A program made the translations under genes and the position numbers. A DNA stretch of 64,000 nucleotides, taken from contig JANRKS010000005.1 of the NCBI GenBank assembly GCA_033763315.1, positions 256,001 to 320,000 of the forward strand. The letters are read 5' to 3'. Shown piece by piece: positions 9,387-19,030 of the stretch. Positions within the stretch are counted from its first letter, which is position 1. Each line of letters starts with the position of its first letter. This stretch comes from Deltaproteobacteria bacterium. Its GTDB lineage: Bacteria > Myxococcota_A > Polyangia > Fen-1088. The notes under the pieces are model-generated. The model was not told the DNA's origin, made no database searches, and was given only the letters and a program-made list of their open reading frames with translations.

Positions 9387-10670
9387 TCACGCCGCCCGTG
9401 CGGGCGCCGCATCTGCCATGACCATCTTGTGGATGCCGTACAACAACAGCATGGCGGCCACCATCGCGCCGGAAACCACGTAGCCAAGGATGTTGTAGTG
9501 CAGAAGCTTGCCGCTGGCGGTCTGCACCACGATGAGGCCGGCTGCGTACGAGGCGATGCCGCCGGAGATTTGTTGCACGGACGAATTTACGGACATAAAC
9601 GAGCCCCGGTTTTGCGGCGCGGGTACGGCTGACATTAAGGCCTGGGCGGAGATCATGCGGCTTGAGATGCCGATGAATAAAATGCCGTTAAGCAAGATCA
9701 CCAACCACAGCGGCGTGAGCCCCAGGTTGCAGTAGATGCACACGATGGTGATGCTGATCGTTGAGCCGATGCAGAACATCCAGAATTTGCCGATGCGATC
9801 GCTCAGGCGGCCAACGAACGGCCCCGTCAACATCGCGACGACGCCTGTGACCATGTAGACGGCCGGCAGCTGCTCCATCGAGATGCCTTGGTTGTGAACG
9901 CTAAAAGCGCTGCCAAACGGCATCAACATAAACCCACCCGTGACAAGCAGTCCCGTGGTGGCGAAGGCACGTAGATGCCGGCGGGTTGTGATCGTGTTCC
10001 ACAAATGAACGAATGGGTTGTGTTCGTTCTCATTAAGGTGCGCGTTGATGGGCTTAAGCCCGATGATGATCACCACGCCCACCACCAGCCCCACCGCCAA
10101 GATCAATAAGAAGGGCATGTGCCAACCCCATTTGTTCGATAGATAAAGCCCAAGCGGTATGCCCAGGATTTGGCTGCCCGCGAACGCCGTTTGCACATAT
10201 CCCATCACGCGGCCGCGCATCTGGAAGGGAAACATGTCAGCGATGATCGCGAAGCTGACCGAACCGATCACGCCGCCAAATACACCCGTTAACATGCGCG
10301 CCAACACCAACCTGTGATAATTCGGCGCAAGGCCGCAAAACAGCGTGCCCAACAAAAAGCCACCATAGAAGAACAGCAAAAAGCGTTTGCGATCAAATCT
10401 GTCCGCGAAGCCCGCGGCCAATAAACCAGAAGCGCCGGCGCTGAAGGCATAGACGGACACCACCAAACCAAACTGCTGGGTGCTGATGTGAAGGTCCCGC
10501 AGCAACATCGCTCCAAGCGGCGACAAGATCATGAAGTCCAAGATGATCGTGAACTGCAAGAAGGCCAAGATGGCCACCACGAAGGCCTCGTAGCGGCTGA
10601 ACTTCGGGGCCGCCGGGGGGGTGACGGCAGCGCGCGTGACCAGGCTCGGAGATTCTGCGTGCGTTGTCAT
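9387..10670 (-). CDS. MFS transporter (putative efflux)
   Basis: About 12 hydrophobic segments, motif A GFADRFDRK, GRLSDRIGK; start MTTHA. Confidence 0.92.
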   Translation of the reverse strand: MTTHAESPSLVTRAAVTPPAAPKFSRYEAFVVAILAFLQFTIILDFMILSPLGAMLLRDLHISTQQFGLVVSVYAFSAGASGLLAAGFADRFDRKRFLLFFYGGFLLGTLFCGLAPNYHRLVLARMLTGVFGGVIGSVSFAIIADMFPFQMRGRVMGYVQTAFAGSQILGIPLGLYLSNKWGWHMPFLLILAVGLVVGVVIIIGLKPINAHLNENEHNPFVHLWNTITTRRHLRAFATTGLLVTGGFMLMPFGSAFSVHNQGISMEQLPAVYMVTGVVAMLTGPFVGRLSDRIGKFWMFCIGSTISITIVCIYCNLGLTPLWLVILLNGILFIGISSRMISAQALMSAVPAPQNRGSFMSVNSSVQQISGGIASYAAGLIVVQTASGKLLHYNILGYVVSGAMVAAMLLLYGIHKMVMADAAPARAA

Positions 10671-10746
10671 AGGAGCGCGGGTATAGCAAACCTCGATACC
10701 AATGATCTTGGGCACTTGCGTGCATGAACCGATACAAGAATCGAAC

Positions 10747-10775
10747 CGTGAGCTGCTTTTTGCCCCGGCGGTGAC
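10747..10775 (+). promoter_or_regulatory. Putative ECF promoter A, copy 1 (CGTGAGC-N15-CGGTGAC)
   Basis: Same motif and spacing recurs at 14735-14763; 17 nt upstream of the sigma ATG. Confidence 0.6.
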
Positions 10776-10792
10776 TTACAATAAAGAAGTCC

Positions 10793-11410
10793 ATGACCCA
10801 CGCCTCGCGTTTTTCGTCCGCCAAACCCGTGTCGTTCCTGGGCGGCGATGGGGAGCTTGTGGCTGGGCTCAAAGCGGCCAACCCGGCAGCGCAGCAGGCT
10901 TTTTTCGGACGCTACGCGCGGTTTGTGGAGCGCTTGCTGCTTGGCGTGTTGGGGCCCGACGCTGATCTCGGCGACGTCATGCAAGACACGTTCATGGCGG
11001 CGTTCAGACAAATTACGAATCTGCGCAGCGCGGAGGCGTTAACCGAATGGTTGCGTACGATCGCCGTGGGTGTGGCGCAAAACCGCATTCGCTCGCGCAC
11101 GCGCAACAGATGGTTGTTGTTCTTCGCACCGGAACAGTTGCCGGACGTGCCGTTGCTGCCCGCTCGCGCCGAAGCCACACAGGCGTTGCGGGCGGTTTAT
11201 GCCGTGCTTGATCAAATGCCTGCGCACGAGCGTGTGGTGTTTGCGCTGCGCCACATTGAAGACATGACGGTGCCTGAGATCGCTGCTGCGACCAAAGTTT
11301 CGGAATCAACCGTTAAGCGGCGGCTACAGCAAGCGGAACGGCTGTTCGACGATGGCAAATACAAACACCCGGCGTTGGCCGATTGGGTGGCGGGGATGGA
11401 AGCATCATGA
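10793..11410 (+). CDS. ECF sigma factor (module A)
   Basis: Region 2 DVMQDTFM...WLRTIAV; region 4 VFALRHIEDMTVPEIA...STVKRRL. Confidence 0.93.
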   Translation: MTHASRFSSAKPVSFLGGDGELVAGLKAANPAAQQAFFGRYARFVERLLLGVLGPDADLGDVMQDTFMAAFRQITNLRSAEALTEWLRTIAVGVAQNRIRSRTRNRWLLFFAPEQLPDVPLLPARAEATQALRAVYAVLDQMPAHERVVFALRHIEDMTVPEIAAATKVSESTVKRRLQQAERLFDDGKYKHPALADWVAGMEAS

Positions 11411-12576
11411 CCAGTCGCTATGCGAAGTTGGGCCGCGCCGCGCGGCATGAGCTCGATGAGCTTGTTTCGCGATCGCGCGTGTCTGCTGATGTGCAAGCGC
11501 GGCTGTTTGCAACGCCGCACCCGGCGGCGCGTTGGTTGTGGCACTGGGTGGCCGCCGCGAGCCTGGGCTTGGCCGTTGCTGTGGGTGTCATCGTGTGGCT
11601 GTGGCCACCCGTTCCGTTGACCTTCACAGTGGCAGGCGAGGGCACTGGGCTTGTGGGCGCGCCGATCACTTCCGCCGATGACACCAAGCTCTTGGCGTTT
11701 TCCGAGGGCACGATGGTGTGGGTCGCGCCTCACAGCACCACGCGCGTTGAGCGTGCGCAGACCCGTGGCGCCGAGGTGGCGTTGGAAGGCGGCACGTTGC
11801 GGGCCCAAGTAAAACATAAGGGCGACACGCGCTGGCTGTTTCACGCAGGGCCCTACGAAGTGCTGGTGACGGGCACCAAGTTTGATCTGTCTTGGGATAC
11901 ACAAACAAAGAAGCTCGCCGTCGCGATGCACGAAGGGCGTGTGCTGGTGCAAGGCGGCCTTTTGAGTGTGCCGCGTGAAGTGCGCGCTGGTGAACGCTTC
12001 ATGATGGGCGGTCACTCACAGGAACCGTTGGCACCGCCGGGGGGGGCGACGCCTGCGACAGAAGCCCCAGCGCCATCCTCGGCGCGAAAGTTCAACGAGG
12101 AGCCTCTCTCAGCTGATCTCGCAGCGCGGACAACACGCAAAGGTCAGGCTCTCGCCATGCGTACCGCGGCCGCGCCTCCCGAGCTTAAGCCGGAACACGA
12201 TAAACAAAATGTGGCCGCTGCCTTGTTTGCACGCGCGGATGCCGCGCGCTTGTCTGGCAACGAGGCGCAGGCGGTGGCGTTGTTTGAAGAAGTTGCGGAA
12301 CGCTTTGCCTCCGATCGCTTGGCCGGCTTGGCGTCGTTTGCCGCCGGGCGCTTGTGGTTGGTCCGCCTTGGCGACGCCCGCGCTGCCTTGATCGATCTGC
12401 AACGCGCGCGCCGTTTAGGTTTGGGTGCTCCGTTGGATGAAGATTGCCACGCGCGCATTGTGGAAGCGCTGAGCGCTTTGCAACGTATGGACGCGTGCAA
12501 AAAGGAGCAGGCGCTTTACCTTGCGTCCTACCCGCGCGGCCCGCACGCGGGGCTTGTATCGAAAGCGTGTCGTTGA
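11407..12576 (+). CDS. Anti-sigma factor: single TM + FecR domain + C-terminal TPR-like domain
   Basis: ATGA coupling to sigma; TM AAASLGLAVAVGVIVWLW; FecR motifs LEGG..VLVTGTKF..MHEGRV; helical C-terminus ending YLASYPRGPH. Confidence 0.85.
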   Translation: MTSRYAKLGRAARHELDELVSRSRVSADVQARLFATPHPAARWLWHWVAAASLGLAVAVGVIVWLWPPVPLTFTVAGEGTGLVGAPITSADDTKLLAFSEGTMVWVAPHSTTRVERAQTRGAEVALEGGTLRAQVKHKGDTRWLFHAGPYEVLVTGTKFDLSWDTQTKKLAVAMHEGRVLVQGGLLSVPREVRAGERFMMGGHSQEPLAPPGGATPATEAPAPSSARKFNEEPLSADLAARTTRKGQALAMRTAAAPPELKPEHDKQNVAAALFARADAARLSGNEAQAVALFEEVAERFASDRLAGLASFAAGRLWLVRLGDARAALIDLQRARRLGLGAPLDEDCHARIVEALSALQRMDACKKEQALYLASYPRGPHAGLVSKACR

Positions 12577-13529
12577 GACAGATTTGGTTTGTGGTTCTTA
12601 TTGGTGTGTGGTTGGCAAGCGTCGGCCTGGCACGTGCTTGTGCTCCCGCGGCCCGCGGTTGGGTTTTGTTTCAGCTAAGCCCAGATTTCGATGCTGCGTT
12701 TGCTGAAGCGGCGCGCGCGCACCTCGCGGCGGAGCTTGAGCCGCGTGGGGTGGCCGTGTGCACAGAGCTGCTTTCCGATACCAGCCGCCCGCCTCTGGCT
12801 CGCGTGTTTGTGCAAGGCGCGCCCGATGGTGTCGCGGTTTTACGCATTGAAGACGACGTCACGCAAACAACAGTAGAGCGGAGGATCGATTTTTCCCACG
12901 TGCCGTCTCAAGGGCGCGCGTTGACATTTGGTCTAGCCACGGATGAGTTGCTCGGCGTGGGCTGGGCCAGTGTCGTGGCGAAACGCGCGCCGCCCGCCGA
13001 AGTTGCCAGGCCGCTGGCAACGCCCCTGCACCAAATGACGCTCGGCCTCGACGTGTCGTCGTTCACGAACGGGCCGACGCTGGCGGGGCCTGCTTTCGTG
13101 TTCTCCACGACGCGAGGGCGTTGGTCTCCCCGCCTGCGCCTCGGCGCGCGGTATGGCCCCTCGCTTGGGGCAGTGCATGGCGACGTGACCTTTCGCGAAT
13201 GGCACGCGGGTTTAGGCCTTGCGTGGTTGATCACACCCGATCGCGGGGCTTGGCAGATCGGCCCCACGATAGATGCAGAAATGTTGCGCGTGACAGTGCA
13301 GGGGCAAGCGCAAGCGGGTGCGCTGGCGGGGCGAGGGGACGCGTGGGCCGCCTTGGCCACAGCGGGGCTCATCGCGCATTGGCGCGTGAATCGCACGGTG
13401 TTTGTTTCATCGCGTGTGTGCGGCGGCTATGTGCTTGCGCCTGTGCGCGCTGCCGACGCCGGCCAAAGGGTGGGCGGCATGCAATCGTTCGTGGCGCAAG
13501 TGTTGCTGGGCATGGGGGTGGCATTTTGA
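12573..13529 (+). CDS. Exported protein with C-terminal outer-membrane beta-barrel-like domain (module A)
   Basis: TTGA coupling; signal peptide; Cys pair in N-domain; alternating amphipathic strands; ends GMGVAF (beta-signal-like). Confidence 0.65.
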   Translation: MRQIWFVVLIGVWLASVGLARACAPAARGWVLFQLSPDFDAAFAEAARAHLAAELEPRGVAVCTELLSDTSRPPLARVFVQGAPDGVAVLRIEDDVTQTTVERRIDFSHVPSQGRALTFGLATDELLGVGWASVVAKRAPPAEVARPLATPLHQMTLGLDVSSFTNGPTLAGPAFVFSTTRGRWSPRLRLGARYGPSLGAVHGDVTFREWHAGLGLAWLITPDRGAWQIGPTIDAEMLRVTVQGQAQAGALAGRGDAWAALATAGLIAHWRVNRTVFVSSRVCGGYVLAPVRAADAGQRVGGMQSFVAQVLLGMGVAF

Positions 13530-14731
13530 AATCAACCATGGGGGTTTGCGTTGGCCTTGCGCTTGTGTGCGCGTGCGACGGCATCACTTTGAATGTCCTT
13601 GATGGCCCGGGCGCCTGCGTGTCCATTGGCAACATGAACGCGCAAGCCGCGCGCAGCACCGATGAATTTGTCAATTCCATAGGGCTCAAGCCACTGGGCC
13701 TTGACTCTTCTGATCCGCGCCTGACTGAGAGCATCGCCACGTTAGGCATCCGTCACATCATCCTGAGGGAGGACTGGATGGGTGCGATCAACGCGCTTGA
13801 TCTCCGAGGCTTGGTGACGATCGAAGATCTCGCCGATGCCAGTCCTGCCCTGGCTTTCTTTGGCGCGCGCGCCGAAGCCATCACATTTCGCGACAACAAC
13901 CCCGTGATCGATGCGGCGTGGGGCGCCAACATTCGTTCGACGCAGCAACAACTCTTTGCCTCCGTTAAGGGCAACCCTGCCACGCGCGACGTGATTGTTG
14001 CAGGGCCGAACATTGGCTCGGACGCGCAAATCGCTGCTGCGGGCGATCTTTCGGCCTGGGCCGACGTAGGCACATTCTTTCCATGGCGAACGGAACTATG
14101 GCGTGCCCCACCGGGGTTACGCGCAGAAACGGACATCGCTCGCCACATACCCGTGTATGGCCAGCTTCCCCTCATCGCGCCACAAACCGGGTACGACACC
14201 GCCAGCGACAAAGGCGTGACCGAAGCAGTGCAAGCAAAGTATGTGGTGCGCATGCTGCTTGAACATTTTCGTCTCGGCGTGCCGCGCACGTTCATCGCGG
14301 ATTTGGCCGATCAGGGGCCGCCCGCGCCAGGGATGCTTTCGGAAGGCATCGGTTTGCTTCACGCGGATGGCAGCCCCAAGCCCGCGTTCGCCGCCCTGAC
14401 GCGCACCATCGCGCTGTTGGCGGATCCAGGCCCTGTGTTTGTTCCGGGCCGGTTGGCGCTGACTCTGTCGCCGGCGTCGCCCACTGTTCATCAGCTGCTG
14501 CTGCAAAAACGCAACGGCGTGTTCTACCTGTTGCTGTGGCGTGAAGTGGAAAGTGTGGATGCCGACGTAACGGAGCCCGTGGTGGTGAATTTGCCTACGC
14601 CTGCCAAAACTTTGACGTTGTTTTCGCCGCTTTACGGGGCCGCGCCGCTCGCTCAAGGCCAGGGCCACACTTTTGTTCTGGATGTGCCCGATTCGCTGGC
14701 TGTACTGGTGATTGAAAGCGCTTGCCGTTAG
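13526..14731 (+). CDS. Lipoprotein with clan GH-A-like TIM barrel, apparently catalytically degenerate
   Basis: TTGA coupling; lipobox VCAC; DEFVNSIG, LGIRHI, QAKYVVRM, GLLHADGSPKPAF, LLLQKRNGVFYLLLW motifs; QTGY in place of ETGY. Confidence 0.7.
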   Translation: MKSTMGVCVGLALVCACDGITLNVLDGPGACVSIGNMNAQAARSTDEFVNSIGLKPLGLDSSDPRLTESIATLGIRHIILREDWMGAINALDLRGLVTIEDLADASPALAFFGARAEAITFRDNNPVIDAAWGANIRSTQQQLFASVKGNPATRDVIVAGPNIGSDAQIAAAGDLSAWADVGTFFPWRTELWRAPPGLRAETDIARHIPVYGQLPLIAPQTGYDTASDKGVTEAVQAKYVVRMLLEHFRLGVPRTFIADLADQGPPAPGMLSEGIGLLHADGSPKPAFAALTRTIALLADPGPVFVPGRLALTLSPASPTVHQLLLQKRNGVFYLLLWREVESVDADVTEPVVVNLPTPAKTLTLFSPLYGAAPLAQGQGHTFVLDVPDSLAVLVIESACR

Positions 14732-14734
14732 CCG

Positions 14735-14763
14735 CGTGGACCGGTTTTGCCGGCACCGGTGAC
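14735..14763 (+). promoter_or_regulatory. Putative ECF promoter A, copy 2 (CGTGGAC-N15-CGGTGAC)
   Basis: Matches 10747-10775 with identical 29-nt length; lies in the intergenic gap before the DUF1592 gene. Confidence 0.6.
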
Positions 14764-14835
14764 CTTAAGTCTGTACCATTAAAAGTTCCCGATTCGTCGG
14801 GAGGTGCGTCCGCTGTTGGTTCGCAAGGAGCACGA

Positions 14836-16503
14836 ATGAGGATTGAGGTTCGCCAGGTTGTTATCGCGAAATTCGTCGCCGCAGGAGCGCTGTGGGTGGC
14901 GGGCTGTTCGGGCAAGGTCGTCGCCATGGACGATGGCGCTGGGTCGGGTGGCTCGGGTTCGCCGCGCACGATCGACGACGGTCCCGTGGCTCCCGGCGGC
15001 TCTGAACGCCCAGGCGAGTTGCAAGATTTCTTCGCGCCGCCCAACACACGAGCACGGCCGTTGGCACGTCTGACGCGTGATCAGCTGCGCGACATCGCCC
15101 AAGATCTGTTCAACGTCTCGCTCACGTCACAAGATCTCGCGACGTTGCCCAAGGCGCGCGCTGTGGACACCACCGTGGATCCCTCCCAATATGTCGAAGG
15201 CGTTTGGAACTACGCGGGCCTTGTGGCCAAAGGCGCGTTTACGAACCCCGGCAACCTTGCAGGCTTTTGTGAGAAAAAGGGTGTGACGGAGGCCGCTTGT
15301 GCCGAAGCACTTGTGACCCAAGTGGCGCCCCTTCTGCTTCAGCGTGATCCCACGGCGGCTGAGACAAAGGCTTATGTGGCTCACTATGTGAACGCGGCTG
15401 GTTTGCCCGCCGATGAACGCCTTCAGGTTGTGCTCCGTGCGTTGCTGATGTCTCCCGGTTTCTTGTTTCCCACCGAAACGGCGCCGTCGGCACCTGTGGC
15501 TGACCACTTCCGCCTCTCGCGCCTGACGTTGGCGTTGTGGAATTCACTGCCCGACGCCCGCAGCGTTTCCAACTTTGCGGCTGACGCCAAATCCGGCAAA
15601 GCCACTGTCATTGATGCTCTGCTTAAGGATCCACGCGCGCAGCGTCTCTATGAACGCATCGCAAACCACCTTGCCGACCTTTCTAGTCTTGGAGACTTGG
15701 GCAAGGCTCCTACGTTGGCTCCTGCTTTCACAAAACAGATTCAATTGGCACTGCGCCAGGAGCTTGCCGCCTCCTTGGCGAAAGCGGTGCAAGGCGGCGA
15801 CACGGATTCATTCTCGGAGCTGCTTACAACCAACAAAGTGTGGGTGAACAAGCTTACGGCGCCGCTTTATGGCCTCAGCTCAAACAGCGACAGTTTGGAA
15901 TGGGTGGCCACGCCCGATGAACAGCAACGATCGGGCCTCCTGACCGCGGCGCCTTTGCTTTCAGTCTTGGCAGGAAGCGATGAAGGGTCCGTGGTGAAGC
16001 GCGGCGTGTTCGTGCTGGAGCGCCTGCTGTGCGTGGCACCGCCACCGCCGCCTGCCAATGTGCCGCCGCTTGATGCTGCAGCCGTACCTGCCAACGCCAC
16101 CCAGCGCGAGCGCCTTATGGCGCACAGGCAACCGTCCTGCGTGGGGTGCCACGATGCCATTGATAGCGTGGGTTTCGGTCTCGAACGCTACGATGCGATA
16201 GGCCGTTTCGTTACCACCGACCACGGCCAACCGATCACTGGTCTTGGGACGTTCCCGCAAACGCTTGATGGCCCCGAGAAGAAGTTCGAGGGTGCCAAAC
16301 AGCTGGGCAAATTGCTGGCGGCGTCCACGCAGGCCCGCGAGTGTTTTGTGAGCCAACTGCACGCGGCGTTAACGGATCGCGATTCGTGTGACGACGAGCG
16401 CGCCGTTCTTGATGACGCGCGCAAACGCTTCACCGCCACGGGCGATGTTCACCAATTGGTGACCACGTTGCTCACCAACGCACCCACAAGCGCACGCTTT
16501 TAG
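14836..16503 (+). CDS. DUF1587/1595/1592/1588/1585 (PSD/PSCyt3) c-type haem lipoprotein
   Basis: AAGGAG RBS; lipobox VAGC; RLTRDQ, LLMSPGFLF, LWNSLPD, RSGLLT, VKRGVFVLERLLC..PPPPP, CVGCH (16138-16152), GFGLERYDAIGR. Confidence 0.92.
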   Translation: MRIEVRQVVIAKFVAAGALWVAGCSGKVVAMDDGAGSGGSGSPRTIDDGPVAPGGSERPGELQDFFAPPNTRARPLARLTRDQLRDIAQDLFNVSLTSQDLATLPKARAVDTTVDPSQYVEGVWNYAGLVAKGAFTNPGNLAGFCEKKGVTEAACAEALVTQVAPLLLQRDPTAAETKAYVAHYVNAAGLPADERLQVVLRALLMSPGFLFPTETAPSAPVADHFRLSRLTLALWNSLPDARSVSNFAADAKSGKATVIDALLKDPRAQRLYERIANHLADLSSLGDLGKAPTLAPAFTKQIQLALRQELAASLAKAVQGGDTDSFSELLTTNKVWVNKLTAPLYGLSSNSDSLEWVATPDEQQRSGLLTAAPLLSVLAGSDEGSVVKRGVFVLERLLCVAPPPPPANVPPLDAAAVPANATQRERLMAHRQPSCVGCHDAIDSVGFGLERYDAIGRFVTTDHGQPITGLGTFPQTLDGPEKKFEGAKQLGKLLAASTQARECFVSQLHAALTDRDSCDDERAVLDDARKRFTATGDVHQLVTTLLTNAPTSARF

Positions 16504-16509
16504 ACGGAG

Positions 16510-17985
16510 ATGTTCATGAACCGTGACCGCCGAAACCGACGTACGCTGCTGATGTCTCCCGCCGCCTGGCTGTTGATGCGGCCGTTTATTCACACGGCGC
16601 AGGCCTTCGCGCAAGGCGTTGCCACGCCCAAAGTGTTCCTGCTGATGTCGAAGTGCCAAGGGCAATACCCGCACAACCGGCCCGAATTGTGGTTGCCGCA
16701 GCAAGGCGCCAACGGTTTGGTTCTGCAAGACGCGATGTCGCCGCTCGAGCCGGTCAAAGATTCGCTGAACTTCTTTTGTGGCCACGAGATGCGCGCGATG
16801 CGCACGCAGATGAAGAAGGCCGATGGCAGCTCAGACGCGGTCGATTGGCATCACGCTTCGGCCGCGATTTTTACGGGTGGCATGCTGGCGTATGGCGAAA
16901 AGATCGGCGACGACAACGTGGCCCCCGCGAGCAGCGAATCGTTGGATCAGTTTGTGGCGAAGGCTTGGAAGACCACGCCCTTACTGGTGAATCCATTGCC
17001 CCGCCCGGGCGATGCGCCTCGTAAGAATGGCGATCGCATCAGTTGGCGCAAGCAAGCGGATGGCACGATCACATTTCAGCAAGAACATCTCACGGCGCTC
17101 TCGGTGTGGAACGAGGTGTTCAAGAACCTATCGGTGGGCGGCGGCCCAAGTCCAGAGCAAGTGGCCGCTGAAAAGCGACTGGCCGTCAATAAGAGCATTT
17201 TGGATCAAACGCGCAGCGACACTTTGGCGTTGAACAAGGTGCTGTCATCGGAGCAACGACGCACCTTGGACGCGCATGAAACGGCTCTGCGTGAGCTGGA
17301 GATGCGCTTGGCGGCGAACGCTGTGGCGCCCTCTGTGGAATGCGTGCGGCCAGGCCAGCCGCCGCAGCCACCCGACAGCAACGCCATGCAGGTGGAAGTG
17401 CTCAAGCGCGTGACAGACGTGCAAGACATCTTGCTGGCTGTGATGCGCTGTGGGTTGCGGCCGGTCCTCGGCTTTAGTTTGGCGCACATGAGTGGCAGCG
17501 AGCTTGTGCCGGGCCTGTGGACCAACGGCGAGCAATACATTCCTACGTCGCTCAAGGGCACGCCGAGCGCCACTGGCTACCACAATGACCTATGGCACCG
17601 CGCGGGCGAGAACCCGGCCAATGATTTGTGGATGGTGCGTTTGGAAAAGAAGATGACTGAGTTCTACGCCAAGATCCTCACGGGCATGAAAGCCATTCCG
17701 TGTGGCACCAGCAACCTGCTTGATCAAAGCATCACCCTCTATGGCACGATTCAGTCCTACGACCATTCAAACGAAAACCACTCGTTCATGATGGCTGGGT
17801 CAAACGGGGGCAAGATCAAAACGGGCCGCGTGTTCAAAACGAACGACTTCTCGAAGCGCAGCGGCGGCCGCGACTTCCCACACAATGACGTGTTGATTTC
17901 GACGTTGCACGCCTTGGGTTTCCCGGAAGTGAAAACGTTCGGCACGCCTGAATTGTGTAAAGGCGGCGTGCCTGGGTTTATCTAG
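16510..17985 (+). CDS. DUF1552 family protein, Tat-exported
   Basis: NRRTLL twin-arginine leader; MSPLEPVKD, SLDQFVA, SILD...LDAH...LRELE, GYHNDLWH, LLDQS; follows DUF1592 gene. Confidence 0.88.
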   Translation: MFMNRDRRNRRTLLMSPAAWLLMRPFIHTAQAFAQGVATPKVFLLMSKCQGQYPHNRPELWLPQQGANGLVLQDAMSPLEPVKDSLNFFCGHEMRAMRTQMKKADGSSDAVDWHHASAAIFTGGMLAYGEKIGDDNVAPASSESLDQFVAKAWKTTPLLVNPLPRPGDAPRKNGDRISWRKQADGTITFQQEHLTALSVWNEVFKNLSVGGGPSPEQVAAEKRLAVNKSILDQTRSDTLALNKVLSSEQRRTLDAHETALRELEMRLAANAVAPSVECVRPGQPPQPPDSNAMQVEVLKRVTDVQDILLAVMRCGLRPVLGFSLAHMSGSELVPGLWTNGEQYIPTSLKGTPSATGYHNDLWHRAGENPANDLWMVRLEKKMTEFYAKILTGMKAIPCGTSNLLDQSITLYGTIQSYDHSNENHSFMMAGSNGGKIKTGRVFKTNDFSKRSGGRDFPHNDVLISTLHALGFPEVKTFGTPELCKGGVPGFI

Positions 17986-18979
17986 AGCGACGGCGCAGGT
18001 GCGTGCCAACAGCGAATAGGGCAAGCCAAAGGAAATAGGGAGCCCCGCGGCCCGGGCGGCGCCCAACATGGCACGCACACGCAGCGCTGTCTTCTTCCAT
18101 CATGCCGGCGTCACTTTGCGCGTCTGTGGATGTGCGCGTGTCACTCGGCGAGGCGTCAATGCCCGCGTCCGCAAGGCTTGCCAAAGGTGTGCATGTGTCG
18201 CCGTTGAGCACCTTCGTGGCGTTGTTCATGTCTTCGTTGCCGCTGCGATCTACCGCCACGACGCGCACCGAGCCGGTGGGCAGTTTGGCATAGAACGGAT
18301 GCTCGCCGCACACGCGGAAGGTGGCCGGCTGGGTGAGGTACGTGATCAACATATTGTTCACGTACACAGCATAAAGAACGACGTTTTCGTCGACGGGCAA
18401 CATCGTCCATTTCAGATCCACCAGCGTGCCCGCAAACGGGCCGCAACATTCGGGGCCGCCGCACGTGGTGATATACGTGCGCAGGCTTTCAATGCCGCCA
18501 AATTTAGGTGCGGTCGCATCGCTTGCCATACCGGTGCGAAACACCGCAAAGGAACGTTGCCCCATGCTGCCGCAGGCGATCGCGCCGCCACAGGGCAGGG
18601 GCCCGCGCTTGTCCGCCAAACGATAAACCGTATCGGGCTCCAATGGCTTCGGCGGGCGCAGGCGGAAGATCTTCTGGTTAAGCTCAAGGCTTGGGAGCGT
18701 TTCAATGGTGACCGCCACGGGCGTTTGCATATCGCCCTCAAGCAATGCCAAATCGCCACCGAGGGGCTGCGCAAGGCCCACCCCATCTCCGCTATAGGTG
18801 ATCACCGGCAGCACATTGGTTGGCACATCTTCGGCGCCGTCCCGAATTGAGGCCGAGCGGTTCCACACGCCCGTGGGGCTGGGTTCACAAGCTTCGGCCG
18901 CTTTGAACGACGTCAACCAAAGGCAGGGCAACAAAACGTAAACGAGTGCGGTTTTCAAGGCGGGTTGACGTTTGATCAA
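17978..18979 (-). CDS. Secreted Ig-like (Big_5-like) Cys-containing protein with MYXO-CTERM
   Basis: Signal peptide; DGAEDVPTN..LRPPKPLEPDTVY; C-terminal ACACHVG..hydrophobic..RRRSR. Confidence 0.75.
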   Translation of the reverse strand: MIKRQPALKTALVYVLLPCLWLTSFKAAEACEPSPTGVWNRSASIRDGAEDVPTNVLPVITYSGDGVGLAQPLGGDLALLEGDMQTPVAVTIETLPSLELNQKIFRLRPPKPLEPDTVYRLADKRGPLPCGGAIACGSMGQRSFAVFRTGMASDATAPKFGGIESLRTYITTCGGPECCGPFAGTLVDLKWTMLPVDENVVLYAVYVNNMLITYLTQPATFRVCGEHPFYAKLPTGSVRVVAVDRSGNEDMNNATKVLNGDTCTPLASLADAGIDASPSDTRTSTDAQSDAGMMEEDSAACACHVGRRPGRGAPYFLWLALFAVGTHLRRRSR

Positions 18980-19030
18980 TCATCAACGTTGGTCAAGTGA
19001 GCAAACGGCCGGTGGCCTTTTCGCACAACT

